NCBI GenBank assembly: GCA_002171615.1
Contig: NHEF01000010.1
Span: 254,634-318,633, forward strand
Origin: Gammaproteobacteria bacterium TMED78
Lineage (GTDB): Bacteria > Pseudomonadota > Gammaproteobacteria > Steroidobacterales > Rariloculaceae
Direction of reading: 5' to 3'
Length of the DNA: 64,000 nucleotides
The translations under genes were made by a program, and so were the position numbers. Each line of letters starts with the position of its first letter. Positions within the stretch are counted from its first letter, which is position 1. The notes below the pieces were generated by a model. That model saw only the letters and a program-made list of their open reading frames with translations. It did no database searches and was not told the DNA's origin. Below, piece by piece: positions 29,340-38,549 of this stretch.

Positions 29340-30287
29340 CTGACAAATATTACAAAAAAAATCTCTATTGACTTTTGTGGGCTACGACTAAACTCACCTA
29401 CTATATTGCTTTCAGGATGTGTTGGCTTTGGAGAGGAATATACACGTATTGAAGGATTTTCCAATAAAGATGCTGGAGCAATAATACTAAAAGGCACAAC
29501 AAAAGAACCTAGGCTTGGCAACACTCCCCATAGAATCTGGGAAACAAAAAACGGAATGCTAAACTCAATAGGCTTACAAAATCCTGGAGTCAAAAATGTA
29601 GTAGAAAAAATACTTCCTACATTAGATTTTAGCGAAACACACTTTATTGCTAATATTTGTGGATCTACTATAGAGGAATATGCAGAAGTTGCTATGCAAT
29701 TTGATAACTCAGCTATCAGCGCTATAGAAATAAATATCTCATGCCCCAACATTAAAGAAGGAGGTGTCTCCTTTGGAAACTACCCTAAAATGTCAGCACA
29801 GGTGGTTTCTGCATGTAGAAAGGTTACTAATAAACCGCTTATAGCAAAACTATCACCCAATCAAACTGATATAACAAAGAACGCAAAAGCCTGTATAGAT
29901 GCAGGAGTAGATGGGCTTTCTGTGATAAATACTATCTCAGGAATGTCTATAGATATAAAAACCAAAAAACCAATTATTGGAAACATACAAGGAGGGCTAT
30001 CAGGCCCAGCTATAAAGCCTATTGCTTTGTTTAAAGTGTACCAGGTCTATGAGGAAGCAAAAAAAAATAATATACCTATCCTCGGACAAGGTGGAATAAG
30101 AAATGCTAAAGATGCTATTGAGTTTATACTTGCAGGGTCAACAACCATAGGTCTTGGTACAAGCCTTTTTTATGACCCAATGGCTACTAAGGAAATTAAC
30201 TCTGGCTTAATTGAATACCTAAACAAAAATAATATTAAAACACTGGAAGAATTAATCGGGTCGGTTGATACTGGAATAAATAATTAG
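29340..30287 (+). CDS. pyrD: Dihydroorotate dehydrogenase, family 1 (1B-like catalytic subunit)
   Basis: Motifs MLNSIGLQNPG, EINISCPN (Cys base), KLSPN and GGLSGPAIKP. Homology extends upstream of TTG 29406, so the start is probably CTG 29340. Confidence 0.9.
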   Translation: MTNITKKISIDFCGLRLNSPTILLSGCVGFGEEYTRIEGFSNKDAGAIILKGTTKEPRLGNTPHRIWETKNGMLNSIGLQNPGVKNVVEKILPTLDFSETHFIANICGSTIEEYAEVAMQFDNSAISAIEINISCPNIKEGGVSFGNYPKMSAQVVSACRKVTNKPLIAKLSPNQTDITKNAKACIDAGVDGLSVINTISGMSIDIKTKKPIIGNIQGGLSGPAIKPIALFKVYQVYEEAKKNNIPILGQGGIRNAKDAIEFILAGSTTIGLGTSLFYDPMATKEINSGLIEYLNKNNIKTLEELIGSVDTGINN

Positions 30288-30315
30288 TGAGTTTTCTATT
30301 CTAAAAAACAATATT

Positions 30316-31101
30316 TTGAACATTCATCCTACAGCTATAGTATCTAAAAAAGCGGAAATTGGCGAAAATGTACTAATAGGCCCATATTGTGTCATCAATG
30401 ACAAAGTTAAAATTGGAAGTAATACTAAACTAGACTCTCACATAGTCGTAGGAAGTAAATTTGGTTCAGTCTATATAGGCAAAAGAAACTTTATAGAAAG
30501 CGGTGCTACCCTTGGAGGTCCGCCTCAGCATTATACTTACCAAAATAGAGAAGGTTCTCTAATCATAGGCAATGATAATCGAATTGGTGAGAAAGTATCT
30601 ATAAGCTTAGGCAGTAAAAGGGGAGAAGGAAAAACAATAATTGGCAATAAAACCTTCATTATGACTTATGCTCATATTGGTCATGACTCTGAAATACAAG
30701 ATGAAGCCATTATAACTAACCTAACACAGATAGCTGGGCACGTTCTGGTAGGAAAAAAAGCCATAATAAGCGGCATGGTTCCAATTACGCAGTTCGTTAA
30801 TGTGGGAGAGCTTAGTTTTATATCTGCTAACTCCAAAGTAAATAAAGATATAATTCCATTTGTAATTGCTGATGGTGAGTGGGCAATTCCAAAAGCAATA
30901 AATAAGATAGGGCTAAATAGAGCATCTGTTTCTAAAAAATCAATTAACAACATTGAGAAAGCATTAAAAATAATACTGACCCCTAAGCATACAATTAAGG
31001 AAGCGCTTAAAAGAATTAATACCGAAATCGAGCCATGTCTATATATTGAAAATTTGACTCAATTTATTGAAAAATCTAAAAAAGGTATTGCTAGGAAATG
31101 A
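30316..31101 (+). CDS. lpxA: LpxA-like UDP-sugar acyltransferase (divergent)
   Basis: IHPTAIV, hexapeptide repeats, GGPPQ, AHIGHD, AGHV, KDIIPF and INKIGL. Confidence 0.8.
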   Translation: MNIHPTAIVSKKAEIGENVLIGPYCVINDKVKIGSNTKLDSHIVVGSKFGSVYIGKRNFIESGATLGGPPQHYTYQNREGSLIIGNDNRIGEKVSISLGSKRGEGKTIIGNKTFIMTYAHIGHDSEIQDEAIITNLTQIAGHVLVGKKAIISGMVPITQFVNVGELSFISANSKVNKDIIPFVIADGEWAIPKAINKIGLNRASVSKKSINNIEKALKIILTPKHTIKEALKRINTEIEPCLYIENLTQFIEKSKKGIARK

Positions 31102-32024
31102 AAAAAATAAGATTAGCGGTTATTGGCTGTGGGTACCTAGGGAGGTTTCATGCTCTTAAGTATAAAGAAATAGATGGTGTTGATTTAGTCTCTGTTTGTG
31201 ACTTAAAAAAAGACATTGGACTATCGCTATCTAAGGAATGTAATACAGAATTCTGTGAAAATTATGAAGACCTTAAAAATAAAGTTGATGCTGTATCAAT
31301 AGCAACTGATACAACAACTCACTACAAAATTACAAAATTTTTTTTAGAAAATAGTATTCATTCTCTAGTTGAAAAACCAATTACCTCAAAAAGCTCAGAA
31401 GGAAAAGAGCTGATCAAGATAGCAAAAGAAAATCATGTTAAGCTTCAAGTAGGACATGTTGAAAGATTTAATCCTGCTTTTATAGCCATAAAAGAAAAGC
31501 TTACTAATACAAAATTTATAGAGTCTCACAGACTAGCGCCTTTTAAAAAAAGAGGTTGTGATGTAGATGTAGTACATGACCTAATGATACATGACCTAGA
31601 CGTAATTCTTTCATTAGTAAAAAGCCGTCCTATTAACATATCGGCCTCAGGAGTAAAAATCCTAACGAATAGTATAGATATTGCGAACGCAAGAATTGAA
31701 TTTGGCAATGGGACAGTAGTAAATACAACTGCCTCTAGGGTAACTAAAGCAATGCAAAGAAAATTTAGGATTTTCCAAGATAATCAATATATTTCAATAG
31801 ACTTCGGTGAGCGTACAATAAAATTAATTACCTCTATTGGTGGTAATCTAGAAGAAAGCTCTTTGGCCTTTGAAAAATCAGATGCATTAAAAGAAGAGTT
31901 GAGTTCTTTTATATTTTCAATTCGTAATAATACGCCTTGTGAAGTCTCTGGTGAAGATGGAGTAGAAGCTCTTAAGCTGGCTGAAAAGATACTAGATGAT
32001 ATAACTAGGAGTAGCAAAAACTGA
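31098..32024 (+). CDS. Gfo/Idh/MocA oxidoreductase, GnnA-like
   Basis: Motifs GCGYLGRFH, VEKP, VGHVERFNP, DVDVVHDLMIHDLD and ASRV. ATGA overlap with lpxA. Confidence 0.85.
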   Translation: MKKIRLAVIGCGYLGRFHALKYKEIDGVDLVSVCDLKKDIGLSLSKECNTEFCENYEDLKNKVDAVSIATDTTTHYKITKFFLENSIHSLVEKPITSKSSEGKELIKIAKENHVKLQVGHVERFNPAFIAIKEKLTNTKFIESHRLAPFKKRGCDVDVVHDLMIHDLDVILSLVKSRPINISASGVKILTNSIDIANARIEFGNGTVVNTTASRVTKAMQRKFRIFQDNQYISIDFGERTIKLITSIGGNLEESSLAFEKSDALKEELSSFIFSIRNNTPCEVSGEDGVEALKLAEKILDDITRSSKN

Positions 32025-32030
32025 ATCTAA

Positions 32031-33428
32031 TTAGATATCCTCTATTTCCATTAATTTTATCTTTCTGCTTAATGTATTCCTTCCCCAACCTAATAGCTTA
32101 GCCGCCTCTAATTTTTTCCCCCCAGCCTTTTTTAGAGCAGCATAAATAAGCGTTTTTTCAATTATAGGGATAACATCATCTAATAAAGGTCTATGTCTTT
32201 CTTTTGAAAGCTCATTAGTGACCCATTCTGATAGGCCCTTTGACCAATCTTCTTTTTCACTAAGGTCAGGCTCTTGTCCTCTATTTATAGGAATTTCATC
32301 TATTGAGACTGCCTGGCCAGCTGCCGTAACAGCTACTCTTCGACAAAGATTGATCAACTCTCTAACATTGCCAGGCCAGCTATAGCGCTCTAATAATAAA
32401 ATAGACTCTTCGCTAAAGAATTTAGGGCTTATTTCTAATTCATTAGATGCTTCTTTCAAATAATACTTAGCTAAAGTAGATATATCCTCAACTCTAGCTC
32501 GTAAAGAAGGAACCTCGATAGACATAACATTTAACCTATAATATAAATCCTCTCTAAAAATACCTTTATTGACTAACTCAAAAAGGTTTTTATTTGTTGC
32601 TGCTATTACTCTCACATTTACTTTTATTGACTTCAGGCCCCCTACTCTAAAAAACTCACTTTCTGCCAATACTCGCAAAAGTCTCGCTTGAAGCTCAAGC
32701 GACATATCACCTATCTCATCTAGAAAAAGTGTTCCGCCATCGGCTTGTTCAAATCTTCCGATACGAAGTTTTTCGGCTCCAGTAAAAGAGCCCTTCTCAT
32801 GACCAAAAAGCTCAGACTCAAGCAAATCTGCAACAAAAGCAGAGGTATTTAGAGCCACAAAAGGGCCGTTTGCCCTTGGTGAATTCTCGTGTAAGGACTT
32901 TGCTACAAGCTCTTTACCAGTTCCTGACTCTCCTGTAACTAGAACGTTCATGTTTGAGTGAGATAGCCTTCCTATAGCCCTAAAGACCTCCTGCATTGCA
33001 GGGGCCTTTCCAATCATTTTAGTAGATGTATTATTTTCATCAAAAGAAATTTCAGAACTAGACTGGTTTGCTGCTCTCAAAATAAGAGAAACAGCATCAT
33101 TAATATCAAAAGGCTTTGGCAAGTATTCAAACGCTCCACTTTTATATGATGAAACGGCACTATCCAAGTCAGAATGAGCTGTTATGACAATTACTGGTAT
33201 ATCACTATAATCCTCAGATATTATTTTAAGAATATCAAAACCAGAAATATCTGGCATCCTAATATCAGTGACTATGACATTTGGCTTAGATTTTTTAAGC
33301 TGTTTTAGAAAATCTTCGCCGCTAGAAAAAGAGCGAGAGCTTAAGCCCGCTTCTGCTAAAGACTCTTCTAGAACCCACCTTATAGACTCATCATCATCTA
33401 CTACCCAAACTGATATATTTTTTTTCAA
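32031..33428 (-). CDS. ntrC: Nitrogen regulation response regulator NtrC (GlnG)
   Basis: Motifs WVVDDDESIRWVL, DIRMP, GESGTGKE, ESELFGHEKGSFTGA and HTH LGWGRNTL. Start at TTG 33428 or ATG 33440. Confidence 0.96.
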   Translation of the reverse strand: MKKNISVWVVDDDESIRWVLEESLAEAGLSSRSFSSGEDFLKQLKKSKPNVIVTDIRMPDISGFDILKIISEDYSDIPVIVITAHSDLDSAVSSYKSGAFEYLPKPFDINDAVSLILRAANQSSSEISFDENNTSTKMIGKAPAMQEVFRAIGRLSHSNMNVLVTGESGTGKELVAKSLHENSPRANGPFVALNTSAFVADLLESELFGHEKGSFTGAEKLRIGRFEQADGGTLFLDEIGDMSLELQARLLRVLAESEFFRVGGLKSIKVNVRVIAATNKNLFELVNKGIFREDLYYRLNVMSIEVPSLRARVEDISTLAKYYLKEASNELEISPKFFSEESILLLERYSWPGNVRELINLCRRVAVTAAGQAVSIDEIPINRGQEPDLSEKEDWSKGLSEWVTNELSKERHRPLLDDVIPIIEKTLIYAALKKAGGKKLEAAKLLGWGRNTLSRKIKLMEIEDI

Positions 33429-33429
33429 T

Positions 33430-34545
33430 TTATGCCTCATCCTCTTGTGAGCTAGGGAATATAATACTAAATACTGTTGCTCCCGGTTGAGATGTAAATT
33501 CAATTAAACCTTTATTCTTAATTATTAAATCCTGAGCTATTGTTAAGCCTAGACCTGTACCTGTAAGCTTTGAAGTCACAAGGGGATAAAAAATAGTCGG
33601 CCTTATATCTTCTGGAATTCCAGGCCCATCATCCTCTACCTCTAGCTTAATTACTAATTTATGTCTATCTCCGCCTAAAGTAAAATTATTCACAGCCCTA
33701 GTTCTAAATATCACCCGCCCTTTAGTAGATATTGCATATAATGAATTTTTTACTATGTTAAGTACTACTTGAATGATTTGGTTTTTATCTACAAAAATTA
33801 AGGGTATGCTAGGATCATAATCTCTTATTATTTCAATTGACTCATCTTTCTCGTTTTCTATTACCCCAATCACATATTCAGATATTTCATGGAGGCTTAA
33901 CTTTTCTTTATTTGGCTTGCCACTTGCTCCTAAGGTCTTATCTACCAATGCTGCTAGCCTATCTGCTTCATCGATAATAATATTTGTATATTTTTTTAGA
34001 TCCTTGGAGGGAAGTTTTCTCTCTAACAATTGAGCAGCTCCTCTCAATCCCCCTAATGGATTTTTAACTTCATGAGCTAATTGTTGCACAATTGTTCTAC
34101 TAAGTTTTCTCTGATTAGCTAACTCCTCCTCTCTACTAATTATCTTGTCCCTCCTAATATCTTGAAGCTCTAATAGAATAGGCGTTTCTTTTAAGCCTAT
34201 ATCCAAGATGGGTGTGGCTATACATGACAAGGGTGTTACTTTGTTTCTAGTTCTTATCTTTATTTCTCTAGACCTATAAGTTATTTTTTTATCTAATGCC
34301 TTATTACAAAGAAGGGCTAAGTCTTCTGTAAAAAAAATTTGGTCTTGCAAAAGAAGCCCAATAGCTTTGTTTTTACTTATATCTAAAATATTTTCGGCTG
34401 CAGAATTTAGATTAGTGATAGTTAAATCAGAATCTAAGACAACTATAGCGGTAGTAATAAGATCGAAAACATAACCTAAATTAGCTAGTGATATATTAGA
34501 CTCGTCATCAGGCCTTTGAATGCTTTGGAAACTAGTCATAATCAC
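33430..34545 (-). CDS. ntrB: Nitrogen regulation sensor kinase NtrB (GlnL)
   Basis: PAS domain. Motifs LAHEVKNPLGGLRGAAQLL, RDYDPSIP, DDGPGI and GTGLGL. Confidence 0.95.
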   Translation of the reverse strand: MIMTSFQSIQRPDDESNISLANLGYVFDLITTAIVVLDSDLTITNLNSAAENILDISKNKAIGLLLQDQIFFTEDLALLCNKALDKKITYRSREIKIRTRNKVTPLSCIATPILDIGLKETPILLELQDIRRDKIISREEELANQRKLSRTIVQQLAHEVKNPLGGLRGAAQLLERKLPSKDLKKYTNIIIDEADRLAALVDKTLGASGKPNKEKLSLHEISEYVIGVIENEKDESIEIIRDYDPSIPLIFVDKNQIIQVVLNIVKNSLYAISTKGRVIFRTRAVNNFTLGGDRHKLVIKLEVEDDGPGIPEDIRPTIFYPLVTSKLTGTGLGLTIAQDLIIKNKGLIEFTSQPGATVFSIIFPSSQEDEA

Positions 34546-34566
34546 ACCTTAAACATAATAATTTTA

Positions 34567-34597
34567 GACAGAAAGCAGGGCAACGTAATTACCCTGC
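34567..34597 (-). terminator. Intrinsic terminator between glnA and ntrB
   Basis: Minus strand reads GCAGGGTAA-TTACG-TTGCCCTGC followed by TTTCTGTC. Same position as the enteric glnA terminator. Confidence 0.65.
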
Positions 34598-34641
34598 AAG
34601 TCTTCCTACACTTTAGTTTTTCTCTTTATACTACTCTAGAG

Positions 34642-36051
34642 CTATAAGCTATAATACATATCAAATTCGACAGGATGAGTACTTTTCCTTAAAAGAGTAA
34701 CATCATTCATCTTCAGATCAATGTAGGCATCAATACAATCATTTGACAAAACATCTCCTACGGTCAAGAAGTCTCTATCAGCATTCAAAGCATCTAATGC
34801 TTCTTCAAAACTAAAAGCAACATTTGGCAATGACCTAGCATTTTCCTCTGCTAAGGCAAATAAATCATCGTCAGCAGCATCGCCGGGGTGAATTTTATTC
34901 TGTATTCCGTCTAGCCCTGCCATTAACATGGCTGTAAAGGCAAAGTATGGATTAGCAGTTGAGTCTGGAAACCTTACTTCAATTCTTTTTGCTTTAGGGC
35001 TAGGAACAAAAGGTATCCTAATTGAAGCAGATCTATTTCTAGCAGAATAAGCTAAGAAAGTAGGCGCCTCAAAACCTGGAACTAATCTCTTATAACTATT
35101 GGTAGATGCATTAGAAAAAGCATTAATTGCCTTAGCGTGTTTTAAGATCCCTCCAATATAAAATAGAGCTGTATCAGACAGTCCATTATAGGCATCACCA
35201 CTAAACAGATTTTTGCCCCCCTTGAAAAGAGATTGATGCACATGCATTCCATTGCCATTATCATCTACTAGAGGCTTTGGCATAAATGTAGCCGTTTTCC
35301 CATATGAGTGAGCAACATTTAAAACAACATATTTCATTATCTGAACGGCATCCGCTTTCCCAGTCAATGTTCCAAATTTTGCACCAATTTCGCACTGGCC
35401 CGCAGTAGCAACTTCATGGTGATGAACTTCTGTTTCAACTCCCATTTCTTCTAAAGCTAAGCACATTGCTGAACGAATATCATGAAGAGAATCAACTGGA
35501 GGAACAGGAAAGTAGCCACCTTTAACCTTTGGCCTATGTCCTGTATTGCCATCTTCATAATCTTTCGAAGAGTGCCAGGCTGCTTCAGTAGACTCTATTG
35601 AATAAAATGCTCCCTGCATACTAGCTGACCACTTCACATCATCAAAAACAAAGAATTCATTTTCAGGCCCAAAAAAAGCTTCGTCGGCTACGCCTAAAGA
35701 CCTCATATACTCTTCGGCTCTTTTTGCAGTTGACCTAGGACATCTCTCATAACCCTCCATAGATATTGGATCTACAACATCACATCTAAGATTCAGAGTT
35801 GCCTCTTCTGAAAATATATCAACAATAGCCGTAGGGCTATCTGGCATTAAAACCATATCTGACTCATGAATTGCTTTCCAGCCATTTATAGATGACCCAT
35901 CAAACATCTTTCCTTCTTTAAAAAAATCTTCGTCTATATTATGGCTTGGCAAAGTTACATGCTGCTCTTTTCCTCTGGTATCAGTGAAACGCAGATCTAC
36001 AAATTTTATGTTTTGCTCTTTTATAGTATTTAAAATATCTTTAGGCGTCAT
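34642..36051 (-). CDS. glnA: Glutamine synthetase type I
   Basis: Motifs [33 protein letters not shown] and NRSASIRIP. 469 aa. Confidence 0.98.
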   Translation of the reverse strand: MTPKDILNTIKEQNIKFVDLRFTDTRGKEQHVTLPSHNIDEDFFKEGKMFDGSSINGWKAIHESDMVLMPDSPTAIVDIFSEEATLNLRCDVVDPISMEGYERCPRSTAKRAEEYMRSLGVADEAFFGPENEFFVFDDVKWSASMQGAFYSIESTEAAWHSSKDYEDGNTGHRPKVKGGYFPVPPVDSLHDIRSAMCLALEEMGVETEVHHHEVATAGQCEIGAKFGTLTGKADAVQIMKYVVLNVAHSYGKTATFMPKPLVDDNGNGMHVHQSLFKGGKNLFSGDAYNGLSDTALFYIGGILKHAKAINAFSNASTNSYKRLVPGFEAPTFLAYSARNRSASIRIPFVPSPKAKRIEVRFPDSTANPYFAFTAMLMAGLDGIQNKIHPGDAADDDLFALAEENARSLPNVAFSFEEALDALNADRDFLTVGDVLSNDCIDAYIDLKMNDVTLLRKSTHPVEFDMYYSL

Positions 36052-36149
36052 AATCTTTCTCCATTTATTTTATTTCGCTTTTACTAAGGCTTATTTTATA
36101 AATATACTAGTAGCAAAAGCGTGCTAACATATGTTTAGACCAATAAATA

Positions 36150-36166
36150 TGCATTAAATGTGCCAA
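36150..36166 (-). promoter_or_regulatory. Sigma54 (-24/-12) promoter of glnA
   Basis: Minus strand reads TTGGCACATTTAATGCA, which is GG-N10-GC. NtrC boxes lie about 100-130 bp upstream of the implied start site. Confidence 0.8.
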
Positions 36167-36227
36167 AATATAAAGCGTTGAATATATTAGTCTTTTAGCT
36201 TAATCAAGACCCTTAAGTCGCTTATTA

Positions 36228-36244
36228 TGCACTAAAATGATGCA
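36228..36244. promoter_or_regulatory. NtrC binding site 1
   Basis: TGCACTAAAATGATGCA matches the NtrC consensus TGCACCA-N3-TGGTGCA. Confidence 0.85.
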
Positions 36245-36259
36245 TAAAACATATTTATA

Positions 36260-36276
36260 TGCACTAAAATGATGCA
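36260..36276. promoter_or_regulatory. NtrC binding site 2
   Basis: Identical copy TGCACTAAAATGATGCA, 32 bp centre-to-centre from site 1. Confidence 0.85.
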
Positions 36277-36330
36277 TATAATAATTTTATAAGGTTTATT
36301 TGGATTATTTTTTAAAAATTTTTAACTTTC

Positions 36331-36347
36331 TGCACTATACAAGTGCA
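36331..36347. promoter_or_regulatory. NtrC-like site 3, close to glyQS
   Basis: 17-bp palindrome TGCACTATACAAGTGCA. Confidence 0.6.
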
Positions 36348-36382
36348 CGTATAGTATAGACCTAAAATAGGGAGAGTGGTAA

Positions 36383-37924
36383 ATGACCCAAATGGATAAA
36401 ATTATATCCCTTTGTAAAAGGAGAGGATTTATCTTCCCAAGTAGCGAAATCTACGGAGGCCTTAATGGCAGCTGGGATTTCGGGCCACTTGGCGTTGAGT
36501 TAAAAAATAATATTAAATCAACTTGGTGGAAAGATATGGTCTCAAGTCATGATGAGACAATAAATAATAAATCCGCTCCTTCAAAATATGCAATGGTTGG
36601 TATAGATAGCTCAATTATTATGAACCCTTTGGTTTGGGAAGCTAGTGGACATGTAGGAGGCTTTAGCGACCCAATGGTTGACTGCAAGGAAACTAAAAAT
36701 AGATATAGAGCAGATCAGTTAATAATTTTCTCGATAATTTTAAAATCTAATCAATCTAAAGTTGGAAATCACTATTATGCCTCTATAGGAACGACAGACT
36801 CCTATGAGACACTAGAACTGCTAGAACAGCATAAAAAACAAATTAAAAACATTATTAAAAATATCAATAACTATGAGATTAAAATAATCCAAGAACATCT
36901 CTCTGAGAATGATATAAGAGAAAACGTTCTAGCGCCAGGAGCCAAAGAGCCGGGCTCGCTCACGCCGCCAAGAAACTTCAATTTAATGTTTGAAACTCAT
37001 GTTGGTGCTTTAAAAAATAAAACTACTCAAGCCTTCCTGAGACCAGAAACTGCTCAAGGCATATTTGTAAACTTTAAAAACATATGTGATACATCTAGAG
37101 TTAAACTGCCTTTTGGCATAGGACAAATAGGGAAATCATTTAGAAATGAGATCAATCCTAGAAATTTTATATTTAGAAGTAGAGAGTTTGAACAAATGGA
37201 AATTGAATTTTTTTGCCGAAAAGATGAAGCAAACGAATGGTATATCTTTTGGAGAAACAAAAGATTTGAATGGTATAAAGAATTAGGTATAAGAAAAGAA
37301 AATCTACTACTAAGAGAACACTCTAGTAAAGAATTAGCTCATTATGCCCAAGGCTGTGCTGATATAGAATATAACTTCCCTTTTGGTATAAGCGAACTAG
37401 AAGGCATTGCTAATAGAACAGATTATGATTTAAAAAAACATATGGAAAAAAGTGGTAAAGACTTAAGATATTTAGATGATCTAGAAGAAGAAAAAGATAA
37501 AAAAAGATTTTTACCTTATGTTATCGAGCCTTCTGCTGGAGTTGATAGAGCTTTCCTTGCTTTCTTGTGTGATGCGTATACAGAAGATCAAGTAAAGGGA
37601 GAAAAAAGAACTCTACTAAAGCTTCATCCGAAGCTAGCGCCTCTAAAAGCCGCAATACTGCCGCTAGTAAAAAAAGACGGCATGCCAGATTATGCTTTAG
37701 AAATATATAGAGAATTAAAAAATATATTCCCTGTCTTTTATGATGAAGGAGGGGCGATTGGAAGAAGATATAGAAGACAAGATGAGGCTGGAACACCCTA
37801 TTGTATAACAATAGATGGAGAATCGTTATCTAAGGACACAGTTACACTTAGAGACAGAGATACTTGTAATCAAACTCGTATACACAAAAATGAGATTATA
37901 GATTTTATAAAAGAGCATATATAA
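36383..37924 (+). CDS. glyQS: Glycine-tRNA ligase, alpha2 homodimeric type
   Basis: Motifs LCKRRGF, SEIYGG, LRPETAQGIF, FRNEI-x-PRNFIFRSREFEQME and VIEPSAG. Anticodon domain IGRRYRRQDEAGTP. Confidence 0.95.
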   Translation: MTQMDKIISLCKRRGFIFPSSEIYGGLNGSWDFGPLGVELKNNIKSTWWKDMVSSHDETINNKSAPSKYAMVGIDSSIIMNPLVWEASGHVGGFSDPMVDCKETKNRYRADQLIIFSIILKSNQSKVGNHYYASIGTTDSYETLELLEQHKKQIKNIIKNINNYEIKIIQEHLSENDIRENVLAPGAKEPGSLTPPRNFNLMFETHVGALKNKTTQAFLRPETAQGIFVNFKNICDTSRVKLPFGIGQIGKSFRNEINPRNFIFRSREFEQMEIEFFCRKDEANEWYIFWRNKRFEWYKELGIRKENLLLREHSSKELAHYAQGCADIEYNFPFGISELEGIANRTDYDLKKHMEKSGKDLRYLDDLEEEKDKKRFLPYVIEPSAGVDRAFLAFLCDAYTEDQVKGEKRTLLKLHPKLAPLKAAILPLVKKDGMPDYALEIYRELKNIFPVFYDEGGAIGRRYRRQDEAGTPYCITIDGESLSKDTVTLRDRDTCNQTRIHKNEIIDFIKEHI

Positions 37925-37955
37925 ATAATTAGATACCAATTAATTCTATAAACTT

Positions 37956-38546
37956 ATGGTTAAAAATAATTTAATATCGGAAGACATGCTTAATAATCTT
38001 ATCATTCTAGATAGAGATGGAGTTATCAATAAAAATTCTAAAGAATATATAAAAAATAAAGATGAGTGGGTGTCTATTCAAGGGAGTATAAAAGCAATAT
38101 CTAAATTGTATAATAATGGATTCAAAATAGTAATAGTTACTAACCAATCTGGAATTGGTAGGGGGCTATTTAGTGAAATAGAGCTTAGAGAAATTCATTT
38201 AAAAATGACTCTAGAAATAGAATCTCATGGTGGTTCTATAGAGGGTATATACTTTTGTCCTCACAAGCCCGATGATAACTGCATTTGTCGAAAACCAAAA
38301 ATCGGTTTAATAAAAATCTTAGAAGATGATCTCAAAATAAAAGCAAAAAATGCAATTCTTATTGGTGATAGCCACTCTGATATAGTCTTAGCTAATAGTA
38401 TTGAAGCATTACCTATCTTAGTAAAGACAGGAAATGGGAAAGAAACATTATCTAAGCTTGCTGATAGCAATATAAAATACTTATGCTTTGAAAGCTTAGA
38501 AGATGCGACTGAAGCTATAATTAAAAAATCAATCATCAGATCATAA
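37956..38546 (+). CDS. gmhB: D-glycero-D-manno-heptose bisphosphate phosphatase
   Basis: Motifs LDRDGVIN, TNQSGIGRG, CPH...C-x-CRKP and IGD. Confidence 0.92.
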   Translation: MVKNNLISEDMLNNLIILDRDGVINKNSKEYIKNKDEWVSIQGSIKAISKLYNNGFKIVIVTNQSGIGRGLFSEIELREIHLKMTLEIESHGGSIEGIYFCPHKPDDNCICRKPKIGLIKILEDDLKIKAKNAILIGDSHSDIVLANSIEALPILVKTGNGKETLSKLADSNIKYLCFESLEDATEAIIKKSIIRS

Positions 38547-38549
38547 AAA

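Noticed and set aside
32780-32800. GSFTGA instead of GAFTGA as a sign of sigma54-independent NtrC
   Set aside because: GSFTGA is a common variant among enhancer-binding proteins, and a sigma54 promoter is present upstream of glnA.
36228-36276. Direct repeat as a mini-CRISPR or IS end
   Set aside because: There are only two short copies and no cas or transposase gene. NtrC boxes upstream of glnA explain them fully.
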